A DNA stretch of 64,000 nt. It comes from Sphingomonadales bacterium. GTDB taxonomy: Bacteria; Pseudomonadota; Alphaproteobacteria; Sphingomonadales; Sphingomonadaceae. Below the pieces are notes generated by a model. The model had not been told where the DNA came from, ran no database searches, and was given only the letters and a program-made list of their open reading frames with translations. Below are positions 49,976 to 59,297 of the stretch, one piece after another. The stretch is from assembly GCA_025352685.1 (NCBI GenBank), contig JANXSN010000037.1, positions 8,316 through 72,315 on the forward strand, in the 5' to 3' direction. The translations under genes and the position numbers were made by a program. Position 1 is the first letter of the stretch. The number at the start of each line of letters is the position of its first letter.

Positions 49976-50501
49976 TCAAGCGGTCTCAAAGCAGTCGTGC
50001 TCGCGATTAACCTAAAGCCCTGTTCGACAATGGCGATCCTATCGATGTCGCGCGGGCAGACCTGATCGCGTCGGGGAGGCGCGCTGCTTTGGCGCTCGAC
50101 GTAGACGGGCCGTGGTCGACAACGACCGCGACATGAGGTCGATTGTGCAGCGCTCATCCGACACCTGGACCCTGATCGCGACCGGCGGAGCATCCGTCGG
50201 GGATTTCAGCGCAGCGGCGGGCGACGGCATGATCTTTGAACTGACACGGATCACGACGCGTTTTGGGAAGGATTGCTGGAGCCCGATCTGATCTTCGACG
50301 TGGCGCTCGTTGCGGGTGGCCAAACGGCGACATTCGACCCCGGCGGCGTGCGGGCGGCCTCGATGGTAAGTCGAATATCATGCCCGCAGTGGCAATCACC
50401 CCCGGGCGCGACCGTCGACCTCGATCGCATCAAGCGTCAGGCAAAGCGGGCGGCGATCTGATGAGATGGTGAGCCCAACATCGGCGAACCGGTGCCGTGC
50501 G
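49976..50501 (+). pseudogene. possible unidentified gene remnant
   Basis: Three consecutive plus-strand segments in different frames have G/C-rich third positions and protein-like sequence (ALFDNGDPIDVARADLIASG..., DTWTLIATGGASVGDFSAAAGDGMIFEL..., LEPDLIFDVALVAGGQTATFDPGG...). No intact ORF and no family recognised. Confidence 0.3.
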
Positions 50502-51341
50502 TCAGGGGGCAGCAGCGATTGCATCGAGCGCCGCCATGGCGGCGGTGGACAGTTCGATTTCGGCGGCTGCAAGATTTTCGTGCAGATGCCCGACAGATGA
50601 TGTGCCGGGGATCAACAGGATATTGGGCGCGCGCCGCAGCAGCCAGGCGAGCGCCACCTGCATCGGCGTCGCAGCCTGCCGTTGCGCGATCTCGGACAGC
50701 GTCTCCGACTGCAGCGGGTTGAACCCGCCAAGCGGGAAAAATGGGACATAGGCGATCCCTGCCGCGTTCAATTCGTCGATGATTGCATCGTCGCGTCGGT
50801 GCACGAGATTATAGTGGTTCTGAACGCAGACGATCTCGCAGATCGCGCGCCCTTGGGTGACCTGTGTCGGCGTTACGTTGCTGAGGCCAATGTGCCGCAC
50901 CAATCCCTGCTGCTGTAAATCGGCGAGGACCGTGAGTGGGGCTTCCATCGAGCCCTCTGCAGGACCATGCGGGCTAAACATGCTGCGCAGATTGACGGCG
51001 TGGAGCACATCAAGTTTGAGGCGGCGAAGGTTGTCATGGACCGCTGCGACCAGTTGATCGGGCTCGAATGCCGGGAGCCACGAACCACCGTCCCCACGAA
51101 CGGCACCTATTTTGCTGACGATCACCAGATCGTCCGGATAGGGATACAGCGCATCGCGAATGAGTTCGTTAGTAACGTAGGGACCGTAATAATCGCTGGT
51201 ATCGATGTGATCGACCCCGCTTTCGATCGCTGCGCGCAAGACCGAAAGTGCCTCGGCTCGATCCTTGGGCGGTCCGTAGGCCATCGGTCCGGCAAGCTGC
51301 ATTGCGCCGTAACCGACACGGTTGACGGAGCGGCCACCCAA
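50502..51341 (-). CDS. aldo/keto reductase
   Basis: GYGAMQL, HIDTSDYYG, GLSNV, IPGTSS blocks. Confidence 0.85.
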   Translation of the reverse strand: MGGRSVNRVGYGAMQLAGPMAYGPPKDRAEALSVLRAAIESGVDHIDTSDYYGPYVTNELIRDALYPYPDDLVIVSKIGAVRGDGGSWLPAFEPDQLVAAVHDNLRRLKLDVLHAVNLRSMFSPHGPAEGSMEAPLTVLADLQQQGLVRHIGLSNVTPTQVTQGRAICEIVCVQNHYNLVHRRDDAIIDELNAAGIAYVPFFPLGGFNPLQSETLSEIAQRQAATPMQVALAWLLRRAPNILLIPGTSSVGHLHENLAAAEIELSTAAMAALDAIAAAP

Positions 51342-51395
51342 GCTGAAACGGCCACCTTGTCGGATGTCGGTTATGACTGCTGATCCCTACCGTGG

Positions 51396-52547
51396 TTAAA
51401 GTTTGCGGCCGATCAATTCCTTCATGATCTCGTTTGTTCCACCGAAAATCCGCGTCACGCGCGCGCCGCGCCACATCTTCGCGATGGGATATTCGTTCAT
51501 ATAGCCTGCGCCGCCATGGAGCTGGAGGCACTTGTCCATCACTTCCCACTGCAGTTCGGTGTGCCATAGTTTGGCAGCCGCCCCTTCTTCGGCGGTCAGT
51601 TCTTTTTTCAAGTGCCGGGTCAACGCCCAGTCAAGGTGGGCCCAGCCAACTTGCAATTTAGATTTGATGTCGGCGAGCGTAAAGCGGGTGTTTTGGAAAT
51701 CGATAACCGGTTTCCCAAACGCTTTGCGTTCGCGCACGAAGGCGACGGTTTCGTCATAAGCCTTTTGTGTTGAGGCCATGGCGCTCACCGCGATCGACAG
51801 GCGCTCCTGCGGCAATTCGCTCATCAGGTAGATGAAGCCTTTGCCCTCTTCTCCGAGGCAATTCGTCATGGGCACGCGAACGTCTTCGAAGAACAATTCG
51901 CTGGTGTCGGCGGAATCCATGCCAATCTTGTCGAGGTTTCGTCCCCGCTTGAACCCTTCGCGATCGGCCTCGACGAGGATGATCGAAACACCCTTCCACG
52001 CGGGTTGAACTTCGGTGTCGGTCTTGCAGCAGACAAGGATGAGGTCGGCGTTCTGGCCGTTGGTGATGTAGGTTTTGCTACCATTGATGACATAATGATT
52101 GCCATCCCTTTTGGCGGTCGTTCGAATGCCCTGAAGGTCAGAACCAACACCGGGCTCGGTCATGGCAATCGCGGTGATCGTTTCACCCGAAACAAGTCGC
52201 GGCAGCCACCGCCGTTTCTGCTCTTCGCTGCCGTAGGATATCAGGTAATTGACGACGATGTCGGACTGCAGCGAAAAACCGAGCGAGGTTCCCCCATAGG
52301 CAACCTCTTCGTCGATTATCGCATTGTAGCCAAAATCGAGACCGAGCCCGCCATACTCTTCCGGCACCGTCGGACAAAGCATGCCAACTGCGCCTGCTTT
52401 GGGCCAGATCTCCTTCTCAATAATCCCGGCTTCGTCCCATCGCTCGATATGGGGAACGACTTCCGCCTTGATAAAACTGCGAACCGACTGACGAAACGCT
52501 TCATGATCCTCGTTATACGCTGTGCGTCCAGCCACATCGAGCGCCAT
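51396..52547 (-). CDS. acyl-CoA dehydrogenase
   Basis: The ATG at 52547 follows AGGAGG. MTEPGVGSD, YITNG, QLHGGAGYMNEYPIAKMWRGARVTRIFGGTNEIMKE. Confidence 0.9.
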   Translation of the reverse strand: MALDVAGRTAYNEDHEAFRQSVRSFIKAEVVPHIERWDEAGIIEKEIWPKAGAVGMLCPTVPEEYGGLGLDFGYNAIIDEEVAYGGTSLGFSLQSDIVVNYLISYGSEEQKRRWLPRLVSGETITAIAMTEPGVGSDLQGIRTTAKRDGNHYVINGSKTYITNGQNADLILVCCKTDTEVQPAWKGVSIILVEADREGFKRGRNLDKIGMDSADTSELFFEDVRVPMTNCLGEEGKGFIYLMSELPQERLSIAVSAMASTQKAYDETVAFVRERKAFGKPVIDFQNTRFTLADIKSKLQVGWAHLDWALTRHLKKELTAEEGAAAKLWHTELQWEVMDKCLQLHGGAGYMNEYPIAKMWRGARVTRIFGGTNEIMKELIGRKL

Positions 52548-52666
52548 ATCAGTCCCTCCTGCTTTACGTTTGCGTAAGCGGTAGCAACCCCGTGCCAGGC
52601 CTGCAACGCGTTTCGTGCGTTGTAATATTGTTGCGCGGGCCGCATGGTACCTCCGAGGAGAACCGC

Positions 52667-53935
52667 GTGTCTGAGTCGCCCCGTCGCAATCTGCCCCCGC
52701 TGACATTGCACGTCCCCGAGCCCCAATTCCGCCCGGGTGATGAAGCCGATTTTGTCAGCGTCGAGGTGCTTGCCGCAGGCGTGACGCCGCGTCCGGATAG
52801 CGCTGCCGATGCAGGCACGATGCGCGAACTTGCGTATGGGTTAGTTCGGGTACTCGACGACGACGCCATCGCCGTCGGCCCGTGGGATCCTAAACTCGCG
52901 CCCGATGTGCTTCGCCGCATGTTGCGCAGCATGGCACTAACCCGGGCGTTCGACGAGCGCATGTTTCGCGCGCAGCGGCAGGGCAAGACCAGCTTCTACA
53001 TGAAGTCCACTGGCGAGGAGGCAGTGGCAGTGGCCGCGACCTTCGCGCTCGACCGCGACGATATGTGTTTCCCCAGCTATCGCCAGCAAGGCATCTTGAT
53101 CGCGCGCGACTGGCCTGTTGTGGACATGATGAACCAGATTTACTCCAACCGCGCCGATCGGCTGAAGGGACGCCAGCTGCCGGTCATGTATTCGACCAAG
53201 CAAGGCGCATTTTTCTCGATATCGGGCAACCTCGCAACGCAATATCCGCAAGCCGTTGGCTGGGCGATGGCAAGCGCGGCGAAGGGCGATACGCGGATTG
53301 CCGCGACGTGGTGTGGCGAAGGATCGACTGCCGAGGGGGATTTCCATTCCGCTTGCATGTTCGCCACGGTTTATCGTGCGCCGGTGATCATGAATGTGGT
53401 CAACAACCAGTGGGCGATCAGCTCGTTTGCAGGATTTTCAGGGGGGGAAGCGACGACCTTTGCGGCACGCGCAGTCGGATACGGGATCGCGGGATTGCGG
53501 GTTGACGGTAACGATCCGCTTGCCGTTTACGCGGCAACCGCCTGGGCAGCGGAGCGGGCCCGGACCAACAAGGGGCCAACGCTCATCGAGCATTTTACCT
53601 ACCGCGCCGAAGGGCACAGCACATCCGACGATCCGAGCGCTTATCGTAGTGCCGACGAGGCGACGAAATGGCCGCTGGGCGACCCGATCGCCCGGTTGAA
53701 GACACATCTGATCGGCCTTGGCGAATGGGACGAAGCGCGCCATGCGGCGCAGGACGTCGAGCTCGCAGAAATGGTCAAGGCGGCACAAAAAGAAGCCGAG
53801 AAGAACGGCATATTGGGCCATGGCTTGCACCAGCCGTTCGATACGATGTTCGAAGATGTGTTCGAGGAAATGCCTTGGCACCTTGTCGAACAGCGCGACC
53901 AGATGCGCGCCGAGCGTGCCGCGGCAGGAATTTAA
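52667..53935 (+). CDS. bkdA1: branched-chain 2-oxoacid (2-oxoisovalerate) dehydrogenase E1 alpha subunit
   Basis: The GTG at 52667 follows GAGGAG. SYRQQG, GEGSTAEGDFH, YRAEGHSTSDDPSAYR (TPP/phospho-loop blocks). Confidence 0.8.
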   Translation: MSESPRRNLPPLTLHVPEPQFRPGDEADFVSVEVLAAGVTPRPDSAADAGTMRELAYGLVRVLDDDAIAVGPWDPKLAPDVLRRMLRSMALTRAFDERMFRAQRQGKTSFYMKSTGEEAVAVAATFALDRDDMCFPSYRQQGILIARDWPVVDMMNQIYSNRADRLKGRQLPVMYSTKQGAFFSISGNLATQYPQAVGWAMASAAKGDTRIAATWCGEGSTAEGDFHSACMFATVYRAPVIMNVVNNQWAISSFAGFSGGEATTFAARAVGYGIAGLRVDGNDPLAVYAATAWAAERARTNKGPTLIEHFTYRAEGHSTSDDPSAYRSADEATKWPLGDPIARLKTHLIGLGEWDEARHAAQDVELAEMVKAAQKEAEKNGILGHGLHQPFDTMFEDVFEEMPWHLVEQRDQMRAERAAAGI

Positions 53936-53938
53936 TCG

Positions 53939-54952
53939 ATGGCGCGTATGAGCATGATTGAGGCGATTAATTCGGCAATGGATGTGTGCCTCGCGCGCGA
54001 CCCAGACGTTACAATATTAGGCGAAGACATCGGCTTCTTTGGCGGGGTATTCCGTGCCACTGCAGGCCTACAGGCCAAGCATGGCAAAACTCGAGTATTC
54101 GACACCCCGATTAACGAAGGTGGCATCATCGGCGTTGCCGTAGGGATGGCGGCATATGGCCTGCGTCCCGTGCCCGAAATTCAATTCGCGGACTATATCT
54201 ACCCCGGGCTCGACCAGCTCGTCAGCGAGGCAGCGCGGCTGCGCTATCGCTCAGCGGGCGAGTTCGTCATGCCAATCACGGTACGGTCACCGTTCGGCGG
54301 CGGTATTTTTGGCGGGCAAACGCATTCGCAAAGTCCCGAGGCGATGTTCACTCACGTCGCGGGCCTAAAGACAGTCATCCCGTCAAACCCGTATGATGCC
54401 AAGGGTCTGCTGATCTCGGCGATCGAGGATAATGACCCCGTCATCTTCTTCGAACCGAAACGCATCTACAACGGTCCGTTCGACGGCCATTACGACCGCC
54501 CCGTTCAACCCTGGTCGAAAGTCGAAACGCCTGAGGTCCCCACGGGCCATTATACCGTTCCGTTAGGGAAGGCGGCGATCGTTCGCGAAGGATCCGACGT
54601 GACCGTTCTTGCCTACGGCACGATGGTTCACGTCGCGCGGGCGACTGTCGAGGAAAAGGGGATCGATGCCGAGGTCATTGACTTGCGGACCTTGCTGCCG
54701 CTCGACATCGTGACAATTGAGGCGAGCGTGAAAAAGACGGGTCGCTGCGTGATCGTGCATGAAGCGACACGAACGAGTGGCTTTGGCGCCGAGCTTGCTG
54801 CGCTCGTCCAGGAACGCTGTTTCTATCATCTCGAGGCACCTGTTACGCGCGTGACCGGTTTCGATACTCCCTACCCGCATTCGCTGGAATGGGCATATTT
54901 TCCGGGGCCGATCCGTATCGGGACGGCGCTCGATCAGGTCTTGAAGGGTTAA
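53939..54952 (+). CDS. bkdA2: branched-chain 2-oxoacid dehydrogenase E1 beta subunit
   Basis: LGEDIGFFGGVFRAT, DTPINEGGIIG, FADYI blocks. Confidence 0.85.
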   Translation: MARMSMIEAINSAMDVCLARDPDVTILGEDIGFFGGVFRATAGLQAKHGKTRVFDTPINEGGIIGVAVGMAAYGLRPVPEIQFADYIYPGLDQLVSEAARLRYRSAGEFVMPITVRSPFGGGIFGGQTHSQSPEAMFTHVAGLKTVIPSNPYDAKGLLISAIEDNDPVIFFEPKRIYNGPFDGHYDRPVQPWSKVETPEVPTGHYTVPLGKAAIVREGSDVTVLAYGTMVHVARATVEEKGIDAEVIDLRTLLPLDIVTIEASVKKTGRCVIVHEATRTSGFGAELAALVQERCFYHLEAPVTRVTGFDTPYPHSLEWAYFPGPIRIGTALDQVLKG

Positions 54953-54955
54953 ACA

Positions 54956-56245
54956 ATGGGGCTGTTCAAATTCCGCCTGCCCGACATCGGCGAAGGCATT
55001 GCTGAAGCAGAAATCGTCATGTGGCACGTCAAGGTCGGTGATCGGATCGAGGAGGACGCGAATCTGGCCGACATGATGACCGACAAGGCGACGGTCGAGA
55101 TTGAGTCGCCGGTGTCCGGCGTGGTCGTCGAACTGGCCGGCGACGTCGGCGACATGGTGCCGATCGGTAGCACGCTTGCGGTGATCGAGGTTGCCGATGA
55201 GCTAGCCGACGACGCCGGTGTCGCACATCGGATCGACGCAGAAACCGCAGATGGGGTGACCGCGAACCCGGTCGATCAAACCGTCAGGGCTCCCGTGCAG
55301 GATGGAACCACGCTGTCAGGCGCGCCCACCGAGACGACTGAACCCGTGTTCGACCGCCTCCCTGCCCGGGTCCAGCCCGCTCAGGAGCCCAACGTGCTCG
55401 CGTCTCCTGCCGTGCGCGCGCGCGCGACCGATCTCGGCATCGAACTCGCGCACGTCAAACCCTCTGAAGACGGCCGCGTGCGCCACGCGGACCTCGACGC
55501 ATATTTGCGGTACAGCAGCGCGAGCGGCTTTGGCGTGGCAACTGCGGCGCGCGCGGACGAGGTGATCAAGGTTATCGGAATGCGCCGGCGCATTGCCGAG
55601 AATATGGCCGCCTCCAAGCGTAATATTCCGCACTTTACGTATGTCGAGGAAATCGACGTGACCGCGCTGGAGGCCATGCGCGCCAGCCTCAACGACAATC
55701 GCGGTAATCGGCCAAAACTGACGATGTTGCCGCTGATGATCGTCGCGATCTGCAAGGCTGTGCCTCTGTTTCCAATGATCAACGCGCGTTATGACGACGA
55801 GGGCGGCGTGGTCATGCGCAGCGGCGCTGTACATCTTGGCATTGCGACCCAAACCGACGCGGGGCTGATGGTGCCGGTCATCCGCGACGCGCAAGCGAAG
55901 AACGTGTGGCAGCTGGCAAGCGAGATCACGCGTCTTGCCGCGGCCGCTCGCACCGGCAAGGCCACAAGCGCGGAGATGTCCGGCGGGACCCTGACCGTCA
56001 CTTCACTTGGTCCCCTCGGTGGCATCGCGACGACGCCTGTCATCAACCGTCCAGAGGTCGCGATCATCGGCCCCAACCGCATCATCGAACGTCCTGTGTT
56101 TGATGGCGACGATATTCGTCGCGCCAAGCTGATGAACCTGTCCATCAGTTGCGATCACCGGGTCGTCGATGGCTGGGATGCTGCAAGCTTTGTTCAAGCG
56201 TTACGCAAATTTCTTGAAACGCCCGTCTTACTGTTTGCCGATTGA
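54956..56245 (+). CDS. bkdB: branched-chain 2-oxoacid dehydrogenase E2 (dihydrolipoamide acyltransferase)
   Basis: Lipoyl block LPDIGEGIAEAEIVMW...MTDKATVEIES, SPAVRARA subunit-binding domain, catalytic CDHRVVDG. Confidence 0.85.
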   Translation: MGLFKFRLPDIGEGIAEAEIVMWHVKVGDRIEEDANLADMMTDKATVEIESPVSGVVVELAGDVGDMVPIGSTLAVIEVADELADDAGVAHRIDAETADGVTANPVDQTVRAPVQDGTTLSGAPTETTEPVFDRLPARVQPAQEPNVLASPAVRARATDLGIELAHVKPSEDGRVRHADLDAYLRYSSASGFGVATAARADEVIKVIGMRRRIAENMAASKRNIPHFTYVEEIDVTALEAMRASLNDNRGNRPKLTMLPLMIVAICKAVPLFPMINARYDDEGGVVMRSGAVHLGIATQTDAGLMVPVIRDAQAKNVWQLASEITRLAAAARTGKATSAEMSGGTLTVTSLGPLGGIATTPVINRPEVAIIGPNRIIERPVFDGDDIRRAKLMNLSISCDHRVVDGWDAASFVQALRKFLETPVLLFAD

Positions 56246-56289
56246 GATTTGCTATGGGATTTTGCCGCAACGCAACATAAAGTCGCGCG

Positions 56290-57507
56290 ATGAAATCTCC
56301 CACGCGCGTTGAATTCGTGATTCTCGTCGCCGCGATCATGATGCTGATCGCTCTGGCGATCGATTCCATGCTACCCGCGTTGCCGGCAATCGGGCACAGT
56401 TTGAGGGTAACGAACGAGAATCGCTGGTCGCTCATCCTGACCGCCTTCACAGCTGGCTTCGGGATCGCGCAGCTGTTTATGGGCACGATTTCCGATCGAT
56501 ATGGCCGGCGTAAGCTCTTGCTCGTCTCGATCGTGATCTACGTCGTCTGCAGCATCGCGGCGGCGGCGGCCGCGACGTTCGAGCTGCTCCTGATTGCGCG
56601 TGCCGCACAGGGAATCGGCGGCGCAGGCGCCCGTGTTCTCGCTGTTTCGATCGTACGTGACAGATTCGAGGGACGTGCGATGGCGCAGGTGATGAGCATT
56701 GCATCCGCGATATTTATGGCGGCGCCCGTTGTTGCGCCGTTTATGGGAACAGCGGTGCTGGCGGTCGCGCCGTGGCGGTGGATTTTTATCGTGCTGGCGG
56801 TGGTCGGCTCGATGTTGTTTGTCTGGGTTGCGCTGCGCCTTCCGGAAACAATGGCGGTAGAAAATCGACGAGTGATCTCGTTCGCATCGATTCTTGATAG
56901 CGCACGCATTGTCTTTCGAGATGCCCAATCGGTCGGCTACACCGTGGGGACGACGTGTCTCACGATCGGCATCATGGGATTCCTGACTTCGGTCCAGCTG
57001 ATCTTTTCTGACGTGCTGCACGTCCCCAAGCTGCTGCCCTATGGCTTTGCAGTCATGGCGCTGACCATGATGGCCGCCTCGTTCGCCAATTCGCGGATCG
57101 TGATGCGCTTTGGAATGCGCCGGATAAGCCATCTTGCACTGATCGGCTTCACGCTGCTTGCGGCGTTGCATGCTGCCGTTGCTTTGGCAGGCGAGGAAAC
57201 GCTGATTGGCTTTGTTGTGCTCCAGTCACTGATGATGGCGTGCTTTGCGCTAACAGCGGGCAATTTCGGCGCGATGGCGATGGAGAATATGGGAGCGGTT
57301 GCTGGAACGGCCAGTTCGGTTCAGGGATCGTTTTCCAGCATCGTCGGCGCGATTGGCGGCGCGATCATTGGGCAGAGCTTCAATGGCACAACGTTTCCTC
57401 TCTATGGAGGAATAGCCCTCGCCGGACTGGTCGCACTATTTTCAATTTTTGTGGCTGAGGGAGGTCGGCTGCTGGTGGCGCGGCACGAAATCGTGATGGA
57501 GGCATAA
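56290..57507 (+). CDS. MFS transporter, Bcr/CflA drug-resistance subfamily
   Basis: 12-TM profile. GTISDRYGRRKLLL motif A. 405 aa. Confidence 0.85.
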   Translation: MKSPTRVEFVILVAAIMMLIALAIDSMLPALPAIGHSLRVTNENRWSLILTAFTAGFGIAQLFMGTISDRYGRRKLLLVSIVIYVVCSIAAAAAATFELLLIARAAQGIGGAGARVLAVSIVRDRFEGRAMAQVMSIASAIFMAAPVVAPFMGTAVLAVAPWRWIFIVLAVVGSMLFVWVALRLPETMAVENRRVISFASILDSARIVFRDAQSVGYTVGTTCLTIGIMGFLTSVQLIFSDVLHVPKLLPYGFAVMALTMMAASFANSRIVMRFGMRRISHLALIGFTLLAALHAAVALAGEETLIGFVVLQSLMMACFALTAGNFGAMAMENMGAVAGTASSVQGSFSSIVGAIGGAIIGQSFNGTTFPLYGGIALAGLVALFSIFVAEGGRLLVARHEIVMEA

Positions 57508-57911
57508 TGAGATACTGGCTTGTTAAATCCGAACCGCACAAATATTCGTGGGACGACTTGGTCCGCGAGGGCCGGACGATTTGGGACGGTGTGCGTAACC
57601 ACACTGCTGCGATCAATATTCGCTCGATGAAGGTTGGCGACCAAGCCTTTTTCTACCATTCAAACGAGGGCAAGCAGATCGTAGGCATCATCGAGATTGT
57701 TCGCGAGCATTACATTGATCCAAAGGACCCGACGCAGCGGTTCCCGGCGGTCGACGTGGCGCCGGTGGAGCCCTTGAAGGGCCCCGTCACGCTTGCTGTA
57801 ATCAAGGCGGATCCAGCGCTTGCCGACATGGAGCTGGTTCGCCAGTCGCGACTTTCGGTTGCCCCCGTGCGCGATCACGAATGGACGCGGATCATGGAAC
57901 TTGCGAGCTGA
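57507..57911 (+). CDS. EVE domain-containing protein
   Basis: MRYWLVKSEPHKYSWDDL...WDGVRNHTAAINIRSMKVGDQAFFYHS. TAATG overlap with the MFS gene. Confidence 0.85.
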   Translation: MRYWLVKSEPHKYSWDDLVREGRTIWDGVRNHTAAINIRSMKVGDQAFFYHSNEGKQIVGIIEIVREHYIDPKDPTQRFPAVDVAPVEPLKGPVTLAVIKADPALADMELVRQSRLSVAPVRDHEWTRIMELAS

Positions 57912-57968
57912 CGGCAACGTCGGGTTGGAAAACGGGGGCGACAAATAACAAGGGACGGGAAGCGGTTT

Positions 57969-58940
57969 ATGGCACGCATTGCGCAGATATCGCAGGTTGG
58001 AGGTCCCGATGTCATCAGGTGGATCGATGTCGATCTCCCCGCGCCGGGGCCTGGCCAGGTCCGCTACCGCTCGACGGCCGTGGGACTGAACTACATCGAT
58101 ACCTACCACCGAAGCGGCCTGTACCCGGTGCCAATGCCCAGCGGGCTTGGCGTCGAGGCAGCAGGCGTCGTGGAGGCAGTCGGTGACGGCGCAAACTTTT
58201 CTATCGGCGACCGCGTTTGCACGTTTGGCCCGTCGCTCGGTGCTTATGCGACCCAACGCAATATCCCGGGTTCAGGTTTGTTCCTCATCCCCGACGACAT
58301 CGACGATTTGACTGCAGCGGCCGGCCTGCTCAAGGGCTGCACCGCCGAGTTCCTCGTTGAGCGTTGTGCGAGGGTGCAACCCGGCTGGGATGTCCTGGTG
58401 CATGCCGCAGCGGGCGGGGTCGGACTATTACTCGTCCAATGGCTAAAGCACATCGGCGCGCGCGTGATCGGCACCGTATCTACGCCCCAAAAGGCGCAGG
58501 CCGCGCACGCTGCCGGGGCTGACGAGATTATTCTCTATACCCAAGAACCCGTCGCGTCGCGCGTGCGCGCCCTCACCGGCGGCGCAGGGGTTCGGGTAAC
58601 GTTCGATGGGGTCGGTGCTGCGACCTGGGAGGCCTCACTCGATGCAACAGGGCGGCGCGGCATGATCGTGAATTATGGCAACGCAGGCGGACCAGTAGCC
58701 GGCGTCAACCTAGGCACTCTGGCGCAGAAGGGGTCGTTGTTCACGACTCGGCCCACCCTTTTCGATTATTACGCAGCGCCCGAAGAGCGCGCTGCGGGAA
58801 TTGATCAAGTTTGGGATCTGTTCCGCAAGAAGGTTCTCAACGTCACGGTGTGTCAGACCTACGCCTTGAAAGAGGCAGCTCAAGCGCACAGGGACCTCGA
58901 AGCAGGTCGGACGACTGGGAGCAGCGTTTTGATCGTGTGA
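57969..58940 (+). CDS. qor: NADPH:quinone oxidoreductase (zeta-crystallin type MDR)
   Basis: VGLNYIDTYHRSGLYP, VHAAAGGVGLLLVQW. Confidence 0.88.
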   Translation: MARIAQISQVGGPDVIRWIDVDLPAPGPGQVRYRSTAVGLNYIDTYHRSGLYPVPMPSGLGVEAAGVVEAVGDGANFSIGDRVCTFGPSLGAYATQRNIPGSGLFLIPDDIDDLTAAAGLLKGCTAEFLVERCARVQPGWDVLVHAAAGGVGLLLVQWLKHIGARVIGTVSTPQKAQAAHAAGADEIILYTQEPVASRVRALTGGAGVRVTFDGVGAATWEASLDATGRRGMIVNYGNAGGPVAGVNLGTLAQKGSLFTTRPTLFDYYAAPEERAAGIDQVWDLFRKKVLNVTVCQTYALKEAAQAHRDLEAGRTTGSSVLIV

Positions 58941-58978
58941 AGCCTGCCCGCCGTCCCTGCCTTTGCCGACCGCAAGGT

Positions 58979-59122
58979 TCAGTGTGCCGAAACGATGTCG
59001 ACGCTCGATTGAGCATGAACTGGTGAGACGATGCCGATTGTTGCAACGCCGAGAAAAGCAACGCCAATGACGAGGGTAACAAAGTTGGTGAAGGTCGAAA
59101 CGAACGAATTATTGGTGGTCAT
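58979..59122 (-). CDS. candidate 47-aa hydrophobic small protein (not in the ORF track, below the length cut-off)
   Basis: ATG at 59122 with GGAGA 7 nt upstream. MTTNNSFVSTFTNFVTLVIGVAFLGVATIGIVSPVHAQSSVDIVSAH. One TM or signal-like helix with a VHA-Q cleavage-like site. Third-position G+C is lower than in neighbours. Confidence 0.4.
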   Translation of the reverse strand: MTTNNSFVSTFTNFVTLVIGVAFLGVATIGIVSPVHAQSSVDIVSAH

Positions 59123-59180
59123 GTTCAGTCTCCGTTAAATCCTTTCCGAAGCAATAGTCGCTTGCGGACATGAATGGATC

Positions 59181-59196
59181 TGCAGGAAGCGTGCCA
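59181..59196 (-). promoter_or_regulatory. candidate sigma-54 (-24/-12) promoter
   Basis: The minus strand reads TGGCACG-CTTC-CTGCA against the consensus TGGCACG-N4-TTGCW. About 60-75 nt upstream of the small ORF ATG, within an AT-rich spacer. Confidence 0.4.
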
Positions 59197-59297
59197 GTTC
59201 AAAAACGAGGGAATTGCATTAGTTGCGAAAATATCAACTACCAGGAAATACCAACATTCAGCATTAATACATAACCGTTAGTACGAAAAATTATAGT

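Noticed and set aside
56371-57171. 266-aa minus-strand ORF
   Set aside because: It is antisense to the MFS transporter gene. The product is an Arg/His/Asp-rich hydrophilic artefact.
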